A DNA stretch of 64,000 bases from Escherichia phage vB_EcoM_G53, in the sequence record MK327943.1; one strand, given 5' to 3'. Below the pieces are notes generated by a model that saw only the letters and a list, made by a program, of their open reading frames with translations, did not search any database and was not told where the DNA came from. How positions within the stretch are numbered: the stretch's first letter is position 1; the number at the start of each line of letters is the position of its first letter. Positions 27,333-36,555 of this stretch are shown here, in pieces. The translations under genes and the position numbers were made by a program.

Positions 27333-27791
27333 CTAGATTTTAATCACTGCTTTAGAAGCTTTTCCTGGTAGTCGTTTACTGTTAATAATAGCCATTCTAC
27401 ATCGAAGAGTCTTCATTTTGAATGCCGGATTTTCGCGACAAACTGTAAGTCCTAACCAAAGATTTCCGTCAGTTATTTCTAAACGGCCTGGACGATACTC
27501 GACACCTTCGACAAAATCTTCATCAACATCTGGACGTGCCGGCATTGATAAAAATTCTGCAACTTCTTTAACGTGATTTTTTACTTTATGAAATAATTCA
27601 AAAACGTAATTCTCATCTATTTCTCTCTGGATGGCACGATCTAAGAGATGTTGAGAATACTTGATATGAAAGCCTGGTAGTCCAAGAGACTTTGCAGCAT
27701 CTTTTATACCGGCATTTATTTTGCGGAACTCCGTTTCAAAGATTCGACGGAGTTTATTACGGCGGATAAAAACTTCCGAATTGATAGTCAT
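27333..27791 (-). CDS. regB: RegB endoribonuclease
   Basis: 152 aa MTINSEVFIRRNKLRRIFETEFRKIN...HLLDRAIQREIDENYVFELFHK... closely matches T4 RegB. Confidence 0.9.
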   Translation of the reverse strand: MTINSEVFIRRNKLRRIFETEFRKINAGIKDAAKSLGLPGFHIKYSQHLLDRAIQREIDENYVFELFHKVKNHVKEVAEFLSMPARPDVDEDFVEGVEYRPGRLEITDGNLWLGLTVCRENPAFKMKTLRCRMAIINSKRLPGKASKAVIKI

Positions 27792-27847
27792 TTTGATTTC
27801 TCCTCTAGTTGACAAGTCTATAGTAACACAACTAGAGGAGAAGTAAA

Positions 27848-28147
27848 CTACTCTTTGAAAGGAATTAACTTTTTAACTGCTTTAGATACTTCGTCACGAA
27901 CCTGATGGAAGTTCTTGAGCTGTTCAAGGCGTTGTTCGTAATACGCAATCTCATCTTCTTCAAGACAATCGTCAGCGTCTTCTTTCAGATATGCCTTGTA
28001 CTCATTAAAGAGGGCCCATAGGCGGTTCTCAAAGTCATCAAGGCTTTGAATTTTCTTGTGCTTCGGAACAAGGCCAAAAGGATTGCTTTCAGTTATGCGT
28101 CTAGATGCTTCATAATGAGTTCCAAAGCCTGATAGGATTTGAGCCAT
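27848..28147 (-). CDS. Hypothetical acidic protein
   Basis: 99-aa ORF. Confidence 0.5.
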   Translation of the reverse strand: MAQILSGFGTHYEASRRITESNPFGLVPKHKKIQSLDDFENRLWALFNEYKAYLKEDADDCLEEDEIAYYEQRLEQLKNFHQVRDEVSKAVKKLIPFKE

Positions 28148-28413
28148 TAGTATTTTTCCTCAGGTCGAAATACCGCACGACATGCCCACATGCTGGCTTC
28201 TTTTAGATGTTGCTTAGCATACTTAAGAGCCTGCACTGCATCCATATCTTCTTTGGTTTGTTGCTCTGTTTCATTTTCTTTCAAGATATATGCTTCTTCA
28301 ATCAGAGCATCAAACAACAATCCAAGACGGACTTCTGCATCTTTAATAGCGTTCACTTTACCGATTTTATCATCGGTATGCGGCTTGTAGCCTTTGATGT
28401 CTTCAATCGACAT
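28147..28413 (-). CDS. Hypothetical protein
   Basis: 88 aa from [18 protein letters not shown] with SD GAGGAAA; the longer track ORF overlaps the upstream gene. Confidence 0.45.
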   Translation of the reverse strand: MSIEDIKGYKPHTDDKIGKVNAIKDAEVRLGLLFDALIEEAYILKENETEQQTKEDMDAVQALKYAKQHLKEASMWACRAVFRPEEKY

Positions 28414-28627
28414 AAGGAATTTCCTCATCTGTGGCAAGGTCATATTCGACCAATTGGATAGGCTCATTAATACCATATCCACGTACAGTGATATCAGTTG
28501 TCGGATAGTTTCCAGTAATATCACCCATTCTAAATGATTCAGTGAATGATTGCTCGCCTGAGCAACTAAACCAGGCGGCAAAACATTTTAAAACATCTTC
28601 AGACCCTTCTATAATCAATTTAGCCAT
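28403..28627 (-). CDS. Hypothetical acidic protein
   Basis: 74-aa ORF. Confidence 0.45.
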   Translation of the reverse strand: MAKLIIEGSEDVLKCFAAWFSCSGEQSFTESFRMGDITGNYPTTDITVRGYGINEPIQLVEYDLATDEEIPYVD

Positions 28628-28989
28628 TATAGACTCTCAGTAAAGGTGCGAGCGATAACGTCACGCTGCTGTTCCGGAGTCAGAGAGTTAAAGCGAACTG
28701 CATAACCGGATACACGGATGGTCAGCTGCGGATATTTTTCCGGATGCTTAACTGCATCTTCCAGAGTTTCACGACGCAGAACGTTAACGTTCAGGTGTTG
28801 ACCACCTTCAATTTTAACTTTAGGTTGATGTTCAATTTCAATTTCACGGGCATTCAAACCGTAGAAAATTTCCGGGTCTACAATAGCGTCTTCTTTAAAA
28901 GTCTTAGAGACAATAATCCGGGCTTGAGTACCGTCTTCAAAATAAATAGTGCCTTTATGTGCACCTTCAAGAATTTGATATGCTTTCAT
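28627..28989 (-). CDS. Glycyl-radical cofactor protein (GrcA/YfiD-like)
   Basis: 120 aa; the C-terminal ~60 aa ([59 protein letters not shown]) carry the RVSGY glycyl-radical motif and match my recollection of enterobacterial GrcA. Confidence 0.8.
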   Translation of the reverse strand: MKAYQILEGAHKGTIYFEDGTQARIIVSKTFKEDAIVDPEIFYGLNAREIEIEHQPKVKIEGGQHLNVNVLRRETLEDAVKHPEKYPQLTIRVSGYAVRFNSLTPEQQRDVIARTFTESL

Positions 28990-28995
28990 ATAACC

Positions 28996-29304
28996 TCAAT
29001 TAGAAAATAAATTTATCCAAGTTTTTTCTTTAATCAAAAATGGGTCGGAATTAAACGCCATTAAACTTTGAGTGATTAATCCCTTAAATGGCCCATCAAT
29101 AAATTCCATTTTGAAATGTGGAATACTAGTCATCAACCGTGCATTAGGAGCAGTACAAAGAACCTGCTGCCCTGCGAACGGACCTTTAGTCAAACGATAT
29201 CGTTTAGGTTTAAAATGGTAAATCTCGTAATTTTCTACAAGGGCCCTTTTATTGCATACTGGGCTGTTATAACAATATTCAAAAACTTCAATAGTGGTCA
29301 TCAT
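28996..29304 (-). CDS. Hypothetical protein
   Basis: 102-aa ORF. Confidence 0.5.
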   Translation of the reverse strand: MMTTIEVFEYCYNSPVCNKRALVENYEIYHFKPKRYRLTKGPFAGQQVLCTAPNARLMTSIPHFKMEFIDGPFKGLITQSLMAFNSDPFLIKEKTWINLFSN

Positions 29305-29840
29305 TGCATTCCAATCACAAAAAATTGAGGACGAGCATTACCGCCGATGCAATATTTGCTTTTGCAACAGTGTTGGACTGTTTTAATATGTACATTGTAA
29401 ATCTTATCCATATCAGGAGCTTTAATAGGCTCGTCAATTATATACAGAATACGAGAAAGCGTTAATCCACGGAATTTAGAACCTTCATTGCCAATAAAAC
29501 TACGAACAGAATCAGTAAATAAACGGAATCGAATATCGTCGCTAGAATAACGAGAAAATTCTTTTTCAATGTTGCCAGCAGAAATTTTAGCATAAGCTGA
29601 AGTATTAGAAAGAACAATAACTGTTCCGCCATCATACAGCCAATTAGCAGCAAAGTTAGTCACAGCAATTGATTTACCTGATTGTCGGCCGCCGTCTAAA
29701 CGAAGTGTACAGTACTGCTTGAGTACGTCTTCAAATGGTGGGACATAACCGTTCTTACAAATTTCTTCTACTCTAGCATCAGAATGGTGTGTAAAAGCAT
29801 TCATCAGGGATAGATAAGGTCCAGTTAAAAATGTTCTCAT
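29301..29840 (-). CDS. P-loop protein, function unknown
   Basis: 179 aa from MRTFLTGPYL; Walker A-like DGGRQSGKS. Confidence 0.55.
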   Translation of the reverse strand: MRTFLTGPYLSLMNAFTHHSDARVEEICKNGYVPPFEDVLKQYCTLRLDGGRQSGKSIAVTNFAANWLYDGGTVIVLSNTSAYAKISAGNIEKEFSRYSSDDIRFRLFTDSVRSFIGNEGSKFRGLTLSRILYIIDEPIKAPDMDKIYNVHIKTVQHCCKSKYCIGGNARPQFFVIGMQ

Positions 29841-30012
29841 ATTATTTCTCTTAAGGTTGGGGCCATTCCGTGGCACATGTTAGGTCCTTCGACTCGCTAT
29901 GTAAACCCATTACCGCATTGCGCTCGACCTTATTACAGGTTGGAAAAGGTACATCACTCAGAGGACTCGACGTTCATGAGGAGAGGTTGCGTTTCCCTTT
30001 ATTAGGCAAGAA

Positions 30013-30342
30013 TTATACTCTAGGCTTTTGAGCTTGTTTGGTATTGGATTCCCATGCGGCTTTGGTAATTTTGTTAGCGGCATAACCAAAGGCATTAGAT
30101 AGAACACCTTTAGAGTTGAATACATCCAATCCAATAAGTACACCGGCTGTGTTAAATTTAGGAGCAAAGTACGCATTAGTTTTAGAAAGAACTTTTTTCA
30201 ATTCAGGGTCTTGAACCAAGCCATCAAAAACGCCTTTACTATTTACTTTGTATGTTACTTTGGGATTTTTACCTTCTTCGATAGCAGCTTTCTGTTCCGC
30301 AGATAATGTAACTTCAGTGATAAACTCCTGATATGTTTTCAT
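30013..30342 (-). CDS. Internal protein (IP) candidate with capsid-targeting N-terminus
   Basis: 109 aa starting MKTYQEFITE, the conserved N-terminal capsid-targeting sequence of T4 internal proteins. Confidence 0.75.
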   Translation of the reverse strand: MKTYQEFITEVTLSAEQKAAIEEGKNPKVTYKVNSKGVFDGLVQDPELKKVLSKTNAYFAPKFNTAGVLIGLDVFNSKGVLSNAFGYAANKITKAAWESNTKQAQKPRV

Positions 30343-30367
30343 TTTGTTCCTATTGTTTTAATTTATG

Positions 30368-30682
30368 TTATTCTTTAGGGAAGTTTTTAGAGTATGCATC
30401 ATAAAGTTTATTACCAATACGACGGAAGACTTTAGCTGCAAAACGGTTTTCAGGGTTTTTAATCATGATTTGCATCATGTAAGTTCCTGCATCCGAAAGA
30501 GCTTCTTCATAGTACCCATTAATTTCTTTAAGAGTCCTACGTTTACCGCCAGGACCATCAACAGTAATTTTCCATTTACCTGTAGAAGTGCGGCTCGGTG
30601 GCTCAACTTGTTCAATCCAAATATAACCACCTTCAACGCGTTGGTTGGCGGATTCTGCAATAAATTCTTTATACGTTTTCAT
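30368..30682 (-). CDS. Internal protein (IP) candidate with capsid-targeting N-terminus
   Basis: 104 aa starting MKTYKEFIAE; body unrelated to the neighbouring IP. Confidence 0.75.
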   Translation of the reverse strand: MKTYKEFIAESANQRVEGGYIWIEQVEPPSRTSTGKWKITVDGPGGKRRTLKEINGYYEEALSDAGTYMMQIMIKNPENRFAAKVFRRIGNKLYDAYSKNFPKE

Positions 30683-30746
30683 TTTTTGTTTCCTTGTTTG
30701 TTTTGATAGAGTAATTATACCATATTAATACTTAAGCGTAAACAAT

Positions 30747-31427
30747 TTAAGCTTTACCGCCAGAAATAATTCCGAAGTTGTTAAAATCGTATCCAATATC
30801 GTCAACATCTACTTTAGGGCTTGCTACAACATAAGCAATTTCACTACGTTTTGCATAGGTGTTGATTTCTTTACCATCGCCACCTAAGAAAGAATACCCA
30901 TTACGTTTTAATGAGCCAAAGTCTTCCGCATCACCAATGAAAGCTTTAACTTTAAATTTGGGGTCTTTGGCATCTGCTTCAATGATAAATTCTTGATACA
31001 TTTTCATTTTTTCCTTAGTAAATTGATTACCATAGTATTTGTACCAAGTCGGACGTTGAGCAATTTTTTCATCTAAGCGTGCTTGACTTATCGCAATGGA
31101 CGCTTCGGACGGGACGTAATTATTACGAAATTCGGCAGGAATGTCGGAAATATCCTGGACAGTCGTGTCCTTGATTTTGAAACCGCGTTTCAAGCATTCA
31201 GCGATTAGCTCGATTTGTCGTAAACGTAAAAATTCGAGTTTGTCGTAAAAGAATGTTACGTGACCTGTGCCTAAGATAAATGTTGGAGAGATTTTAAAAT
31301 CCTTTACACGTTTACCGTTTTGAACATGTTTACGGACTGCACCAAATACGCGTGGTAATTCACGATACTCAGCCATAAGATGTTGGTCGGACAGTTCAGA
31401 AACAAGTGTTAAATTGATACGAGTCAT
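30747..31427 (-). CDS. denV: Endonuclease V (DenV, pyrimidine-dimer glycosylase) with an in-frame C-terminal extension that is an IP-like ORF
   Basis: First ~140 aa [34 protein letters not shown]... match T4 DenV; the frame then continues with no stop through [18 protein letters not shown]... to 30747. An internal ATG at 31007 has SD TAAGGAAAAA. Confidence 0.8.
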   Translation of the reverse strand: MTRINLTLVSELSDQHLMAEYRELPRVFGAVRKHVQNGKRVKDFKISPTFILGTGHVTFFYDKLEFLRLRQIELIAECLKRGFKIKDTTVQDISDIPAEFRNNYVPSEASIAISQARLDEKIAQRPTWYKYYGNQFTKEKMKMYQEFIIEADAKDPKFKVKAFIGDAEDFGSLKRNGYSFLGGDGKEINTYAKRSEIAYVVASPKVDVDDIGYDFNNFGIISGGKA

Positions 31428-31485
31428 AATTTCCTCCAAGTAGTTGATGAATGTATAGTATCAAAACCCTTGGAGGAAGTAAACA

Positions 31486-31767
31486 CTATTTTTCTGAAGC
31501 GCCTGAAATATATTTTTCAAGACGTTGTTTCATTAGCGAGCCGTTCTTAGCGATTTCTTCCGGTTTATCGCACATACGTAACAAGGCTTCAAGCTTAGCG
31601 ATATCGCTGGTACGTTCAAATTTGCGAGTATCTATTTTACTAGCAAGTTCAGAAATACGTGCTAATAGACTTTCAGCTTCAACCAAAGCTGCACCTAGCT
31701 TAGTTGCAAATGTGTCGGTAGCTTCGTTAAGAATAGATTCTGATAAAAATTCACTATATGTTTTCAT
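31486..31767 (-). CDS. Internal protein (IP) candidate with capsid-targeting N-terminus
   Basis: 93 aa starting [10 protein letters not shown]; ATG overlaps the lysozyme stop (ATGA). Confidence 0.7.
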   Translation of the reverse strand: MKTYSEFLSESILNEATDTFATKLGAALVEAESLLARISELASKIDTRKFERTSDIAKLEALLRMCDKPEEIAKNGSLMKQRLEKYISGASEK

Positions 31768-32252
31768 ATATACGCTTTCCAAGTTCCTGTTTTAAATGTT
31801 GAGATTACGCGTTTCGCGCGATTAGGTGTCTGACGATACCATTTAGATTGGGCTAGATTTACTGCCGCTTCATCCCAACGTTTCTGTTGAAGCATACGAA
31901 GAGAATTAGTAAAACCGGCGACGCCTGCTACACCCATTTGGAAGACCATATTGACCAATGCACAACGACGAACTGCATCTAAAGAATCATACACCGGTTT
32001 AAGTTTAGCATTACCCAAGATTCCGCGAACGGCTTTATCAATGTCTTCATTAAATAGCTTTTCAGCCTCATCAAGGGTAATTGTACCGTTGCATTTATGA
32101 CCGATCATTCTGTCAAGTTCAGCTTTAGCTACGGCTAAAGACGGGTTCTTTGTTACCAAATGGCCTATGCCAATCGTCCAAAAGCCTTCGGTGTCTTTGT
32201 ATAAAGTCAGTCTAAGACCTTCGTCATTACGAAGCATTTCAAATATATTCAT
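31764..32252 (-). CDS. e: Lysozyme (endolysin) e
   Basis: 162 aa [32 protein letters not shown]... closely matches T4 lysozyme, including catalytic Glu11/Asp20 context. Confidence 0.95.
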   Translation of the reverse strand: MNIFEMLRNDEGLRLTLYKDTEGFWTIGIGHLVTKNPSLAVAKAELDRMIGHKCNGTITLDEAEKLFNEDIDKAVRGILGNAKLKPVYDSLDAVRRCALVNMVFQMGVAGVAGFTNSLRMLQQKRWDEAAVNLAQSKWYRQTPNRAKRVISTFKTGTWKAYI

Positions 32253-32254
32253 AA

Positions 32255-32278
32255 TACCTCCCACGTTTATAGGAGGTA
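32255..32278 (-). promoter_or_regulatory. Hairpin sequestering the lysozyme SD (T4 e-gene type translational control)
   Basis: Minus-sense TACCTCC-TATAAACGTG-GGAGGTA then TT ATG; the 3' arm contains the SD GGAGG 5 nt from the e start; loop contains a late-promoter-like TATAAA. Confidence 0.6.
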
Positions 32279-32286
32279 TTTATTAC

Positions 32287-32745
32287 TTATAGGAGTGTAG
32301 TGAGCACCTTATATAATGATTTACCCATTACATATTCCCATTGAGAAGGTTTAATTAAAGCGAATGCATCAAATTCAGGAATCTGTCGTCCGTCTGGGAA
32401 TGTATGATAGGAATTACAAACACTGTTTCTGAATTGCTCGTGCTCTACAGGGATGGTATATAGGAACAGATGAATATTCTTATTGTCTGAGTAATGATGT
32501 TCACCTAGGTCTTTCAGGAAGGCAGGGTCATATTGTGTAAACCCGGTTTCTTCTTCGCATTCGCGAATAGCGGCTTCAATAGGAGATTCGCCAGGTTCGA
32601 CACGGCCTTTAGGAATATCCCACCGATGAGCTAATGCACCTTTAGGACGAGAACCAGTTACACGGCCCATGAATAACTCTTTATCTTTTGACATGAAGAT
32701 AATACCGGCTGATAGCTCTTTCACTTTATTTTTCTTACTCATCAT
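32287..32745 (-). CDS. nudE: Nudix hydrolase NudE
   Basis: 152 aa; Nudix box GRVEPGESPIEAAIRECEEETG; position next to e as in T4. Confidence 0.85.
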   Translation of the reverse strand: MMSKKNKVKELSAGIIFMSKDKELFMGRVTGSRPKGALAHRWDIPKGRVEPGESPIEAAIRECEEETGFTQYDPAFLKDLGEHHYSDNKNIHLFLYTIPVEHEQFRNSVCNSYHTFPDGRQIPEFDAFALIKPSQWEYVMGKSLYKVLTTLL

Positions 32746-32971
32746 CTCGGTCCCATGATTTGGCCATTAATTCGGACATAAATTCTTCAATGCGCGTTTC
32801 TTTAGATGGACTTTCACTATTAGAGACCGCAAGTTTGTAATCTGCAATAGGACAGAACATATCAAGGTCCATATTAAGGTCGTCTTTGATTTTTTCTTCT
32901 GACACATCTTTATCGTATGTGTACAGATAACTATCACATGATTCTGATTTAATGTAAATTGCTATACTCAT
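32735..32971 (-). CDS. Hypothetical acidic protein
   Basis: 78 aa from MSIAIYIKSESCD; start overlaps the upstream stop. Confidence 0.5.
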   Translation of the reverse strand: MSIAIYIKSESCDSYLYTYDKDVSEEKIKDDLNMDLDMFCPIADYKLAVSNSESPSKETRIEEFMSELMAKSWDRDDE

Positions 32972-33447
32972 CTCAAATTCCTGCATTCGGTAATAAAACG
33001 TTCAACTTCATTATTCTTGGCTTTTATCTTGTCTTTATGTTCTTGTAAACTACTTTTAATAAGATTAATAATGATAGCGACGGTGCCGCCGCCAATGATG
33101 CCACCAATAATACTTACGATAGTAGATGCTAATAAGATAGCAATAATATCAACAAAACCGAAAGAACTCACCTTAGTACTAAAAAACCATACCGACGGTA
33201 CAAATATAATCCATCCTGTTATCCATTGGCACTTATTGAAAAACTTTTCAAGCTCAGCTTGAGTTGTTCGTATTACTTCATCGATAGGTTGATATCCATT
33301 AATGTATCTGTTCACGATAATACCTGCTGGCTGGTCGATTTTAAATTCTTGGCAAATATGTTTCACTAAGTAGGATGGACATCCTGTCCAATCTACTGAA
33401 TAGTATGAAATACCTTCGTTGCCATCGTCTATATTATTGTTAATCAT
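32968..33447 (-). CDS. Hypothetical membrane protein ending in the FIxECR junction motif
   Basis: 159 aa; hydrophobic helices in the middle; C-terminus ...ERFITECRNLR. Confidence 0.55.
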   Translation of the reverse strand: MINNNIDDGNEGISYYSVDWTGCPSYLVKHICQEFKIDQPAGIIVNRYINGYQPIDEVIRTTQAELEKFFNKCQWITGWIIFVPSVWFFSTKVSSFGFVDIIAILLASTIVSIIGGIIGGGTVAIIINLIKSSLQEHKDKIKAKNNEVERFITECRNLR

Positions 33448-34133
33448 TACCAGCCTTCCATAGGGAATTCCAGATAAACTTGAGCATTGACACGAATTTC
33501 ATTGGTAATCTTTTTAACTCGGTCTGTATTACGAGATACACGTCCGAACCAACGCCATCCATTACTAATTGCACGAGAACCAGTGTGCCATGTTTGCCAA
33601 TCAAACTGAAGAAGAGTACGGTCTGGAGCTTCCCATTTCTCTAGTTCACCTTTTTCAATTTTTTCGAGGACTTCTTTGTGCCACTGACGATAGATAAGTT
33701 CGCCATCAGGAATCTGACTGAACTCTGCAGTTCCTGTTGCAAAATGAGTAGGACACACATCAGCGTTAACAAGACCAAGAATATGTTCAGAATGGTAACG
33801 AGGGTTGTCATAGTCAGGTTGTCCTGCAGTAATAAAGTGTTGTCCAACTGGAATATCAGGGCGTGGAACATCGTCATGGTGATATCCAGGAATAGCAGGG
33901 TACCAACCAGGCATCAGCATATGAACCCGAGAATCAAATACAACATGTTGATTAGTCCAATCAATTGGGAGATTGGCAATAAAGCTACGAGTGATTGAGC
34001 CACCATTATCCCAAGCAAAACCCAAATCACAATTAAAGAACATTGGTTCATTTTTGATTCGGTCATTTTGTACGTTATGTGCAAAACTACCAACTGCACG
34101 AGCTTGACTATTAAACACTTTAGAACTATTCAT
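33447..34133 (-). CDS. Hypothetical protein (228 aa), His/Trp-rich
   Basis: Long ORF; contains HHDD and several His; fold not recognised by eye. Confidence 0.6.
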   Translation of the reverse strand: MNSSKVFNSQARAVGSFAHNVQNDRIKNEPMFFNCDLGFAWDNGGSITRSFIANLPIDWTNQHVVFDSRVHMLMPGWYPAIPGYHHDDVPRPDIPVGQHFITAGQPDYDNPRYHSEHILGLVNADVCPTHFATGTAEFSQIPDGELIYRQWHKEVLEKIEKGELEKWEAPDRTLLQFDWQTWHTGSRAISNGWRWFGRVSRNTDRVKKITNEIRVNAQVYLEFPMEGW

Positions 34134-34134
34134 A

Positions 34135-34440
34135 TTATTTTCCTCGACATTCTTTAATGAAATTTTCTAGATTGGTAGATTCAATAGCTTTTTTACGAGC
34201 TTCTGTGTGTTCTTCTTCGGACAATTTACGTTTATAATTGACCCAGACATTATGGTCGAAACCAGACGTGGCATATAATAACAAAGCTCCAACGAATAGC
34301 AAAAATGGTGATAAAAATATACAACCAGGAACACCATCCATACTGTAAGCCTTTTGTAATACTGCAACAGAAAGAGTTGCGTAAAAAGGTGATGCAAGTA
34401 TTGTTAAAAGGCCAATTCGGTTGGTTTCGCCTAATTTCAT
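34135..34440 (-). CDS. Hypothetical membrane protein ending in the FIKECR junction motif
   Basis: 101 aa; two hydrophobic helices; C-terminus ...NLENFIKECRGK. Confidence 0.55.
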   Translation of the reverse strand: MKLGETNRIGLLTILASPFYATLSVAVLQKAYSMDGVPGCIFLSPFLLFVGALLLYATSGFDHNVWVNYKRKLSEEEHTEARKKAIESTNLENFIKECRGK

Positions 34441-34498
34441 AATATTCTCCTCATGTTTTAATAGGACTACTATAATATAGCCCTATCAGTTTGTACAC

Positions 34499-34699
34499 TT
34501 ATTTTGACATTTCTTCGATGTCACGACGATACCCATCACGAACTTCACGAAGAGCTTCAAGGCCACACATAGGCTCGATACCAGTAATGTGAACTTGATT
34601 AATCTGATACTCTACATCTTCTAACTGAGCGAAAACATAACGACGTTCTGCTGCACAACCAGGTTTAGCTTTACCGAAACGTTTATTCAAAGTAGTCAT
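34499..34699 (-). CDS. Hypothetical protein
   Basis: 66 aa from MTTLNKRFGKAKPG with SD GGAG. Confidence 0.45.
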   Translation of the reverse strand: MTTLNKRFGKAKPGCAAERRYVFAQLEDVEYQINQVHITGIEPMCGLEALREVRDGYRRDIEEMSK

Positions 34700-34779
34700 T
34701 TTTATATCTCCATTCACTCATTTGTTTTGATAGGTCTATAGTATCAACAACTACAGACCTTGTAAACTGTTTTGCGAAA

Positions 34780-35736
34780 TTATTTGAAAGGTTTTACCAT
34801 ATGGAAATTTTGTTTGAAACGTTTGACGTAATCGTCGTGTCCTAAGCTTTGGTACATACTTACTACTTTGCTATAATTTTCCCAAGCGAACTCACGGAAC
34901 CATCCTGATGTGATTGATGTACAGACCTTTTCAAGGGCCATCATAAAACTATCACGTGGATGGATTTTAAAGTCGTTAGGAATCTGTGAACGTTCAAGAG
35001 CTAATACACAAGCTTCTTCATATACACCGGCTAATTTAACCATTTCTGGTAATGATTCGAACTTCTCGCGTGATGTCATAACTTCTGAGCCTTCTTTCAT
35101 ATAAAACTTATAAGCAGGCTGGTCAGTTAGTGCAATGGCTTCATGGATAGTATCATGGTCATACGTATAGATGTCATCTTTAAAGAACGCACTTTTAGAA
35201 GTGTCAAGAACTGGGTGAGCATAATTCAAGGTTTCTTTCTGGCGTTTCAGCATAATTTCAGTAAGTTCATCGTTCAGTGTAACACCTTTACCACGAAGAT
35301 ACTGAATATGGTTCATAGTCTTTAAAAAGAATGGATTATTTTTCTTGAAACGATGAGACATCTTAATTGCAAGACATATCTCAGGAGTTGCCCAGTAAAA
35401 CCCGTTCAAACGGTCTTTAGTCAAATTTTTCTTGGCGTATTTTAAAAGGTCATAAGAAGACGTGAAATCTTCAGGAGTGAGTTCACCGACTAGTTCGCGA
35501 ACGTTAGTGAGAGCCGGAACGATGTATGCTTCAAAATGAGTTTCGCGTCCATTATGGAAGCATTTGAAAACTTGGACATCAGGGTTATCTTGGTGAACAT
35601 ATACACCCATCATTTGATTTTTGAATGCATTCCAAGAACCTTGGTCCGCAATAAAGTCCCAATCACTATTTTTAATAGCGCTAGAATCAATAAGACCGTG
35701 ATAGTGAAGTGCACGAGAACCAATAACTAACATCAT
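34780..35736 (-). CDS. Hypothetical protein (318 aa)
   Basis: Long ORF with dense coding; no motif confidently recognised. Confidence 0.6.
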   Translation of the reverse strand: MMLVIGSRALHYHGLIDSSAIKNSDWDFIADQGSWNAFKNQMMGVYVHQDNPDVQVFKCFHNGRETHFEAYIVPALTNVRELVGELTPEDFTSSYDLLKYAKKNLTKDRLNGFYWATPEICLAIKMSHRFKKNNPFFLKTMNHIQYLRGKGVTLNDELTEIMLKRQKETLNYAHPVLDTSKSAFFKDDIYTYDHDTIHEAIALTDQPAYKFYMKEGSEVMTSREKFESLPEMVKLAGVYEEACVLALERSQIPNDFKIHPRDSFMMALEKVCTSITSGWFREFAWENYSKVVSMYQSLGHDDYVKRFKQNFHMVKPFK

Positions 35737-35764
35737 AATATTTTCCTCGGATTAATTCATTAAC

Positions 35765-36004
35765 TTAAATTTCACGACATGCGATATTATATTCATCCCA
35801 GAGGTCATCATGTGAAGCCTCTACCAATGGAACGATTGTACCGTTTATGTCTTCATTATAAGGGCAAATTGTACAGTGCGCATCTTCGAATCGGATGCCT
35901 TTGTGTTCAGATTTTTTATAACGCATATCGAATATCTTTGCAAACTTTTCACGAGTAATGGTTTTACCAACCACTTTGGTTCCGATACTTTCGTAATAAA
36001 TCAT
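35765..36004 (-). CDS. Hypothetical protein
   Basis: 79 aa from MIYYESIGTK with SD GGAG. Confidence 0.5.
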   Translation of the reverse strand: MIYYESIGTKVVGKTITREKFAKIFDMRYKKSEHKGIRFEDAHCTICPYNEDINGTIVPLVEASHDDLWDEYNIACREI

Positions 36005-36023
36005 TGTGGACTCCATTTGTTTT

Positions 36024-36062
36024 GATAGGACTACTATAACATAGCCCTATCTTGTTGTAAAC
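36024..36062 (-). promoter_or_regulatory. Early promoter / stem-loop cassette
   Basis: gataggactactataacatagccctatc...gtaaac; minus-sense -35 GTTTAC, -10 TATAGT. Confidence 0.55.
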
Positions 36063-36066
36063 TGTT

Positions 36067-36264
36067 TTAGCAAGAATAACTAGATGATACCCAGCCTTGA
36101 ACAGTGATACTATTGTGGGATAATGAGATCGCGTCCTGGAGATTCAGACCTGCGTTATCTTCAATCCATAATGTAACTTCTTCGCGTTCTTCTGTTGCAA
36201 TTTGGAACAGGTTTTCCAGAGCAGCTACTGCCGTACGTACAGCACAATCTAATTCACGAGACAT
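36067..36264 (-). CDS. Small protein, member of the C-terminal GWVSSSxxC family
   Basis: 65 aa ending ...ITVQGWVSSSYSC. Confidence 0.55.
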   Translation of the reverse strand: MSRELDCAVRTAVAALENLFQIATEEREEVTLWIEDNAGLNLQDAISLSHNSITVQGWVSSSYSC

Positions 36265-36273
36265 ATTGTTTCC

Positions 36274-36546
36274 TTAGCAAGTGTGAGAAGATGCGACCCA
36301 ACCACCAGTTTCGAGGCTCAGGTTGTAGTCGTATTGGTAAACGTCAGCCCATTCAGCATAGCCGTTTTTTGTACAACGTTCAAGATCGGCTTTAAGATGT
36401 CCGGGTGAATGATAGGTTCCACCCATACCATAAGCTGGGTACAAGTTGAACGTTGTGTTTTGTTTATCAGCAATTTCTTTGGCAGCCTCAATAGCTGCAT
36501 AGATTTTTGCTACAGCTTCAGCCAGTTCGGTTTGTTCTTTAGACAT
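36274..36546 (-). CDS. Small protein, member of the C-terminal GWVSSSxxC family
   Basis: 90 aa ending ...ETGGWVASSHTC; N-terminal region similar to 36556-36861. Confidence 0.55.
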   Translation of the reverse strand: MSKEQTELAEAVAKIYAAIEAAKEIADKQNTTFNLYPAYGMGGTYHSPGHLKADLERCTKNGYAEWADVYQYDYNLSLETGGWVASSHTC

Positions 36547-36555
36547 AACGATTCC

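Noticed and set aside
33447-34133. Possible 2-oxoglutarate/Fe(II) oxygenase assignment for the 228-aa His-rich protein
   Set aside because: Only a vague HHDD...H impression; no clear H-x-D...H spacing or jelly-roll signature could be established by eye, so it is left as hypothetical.
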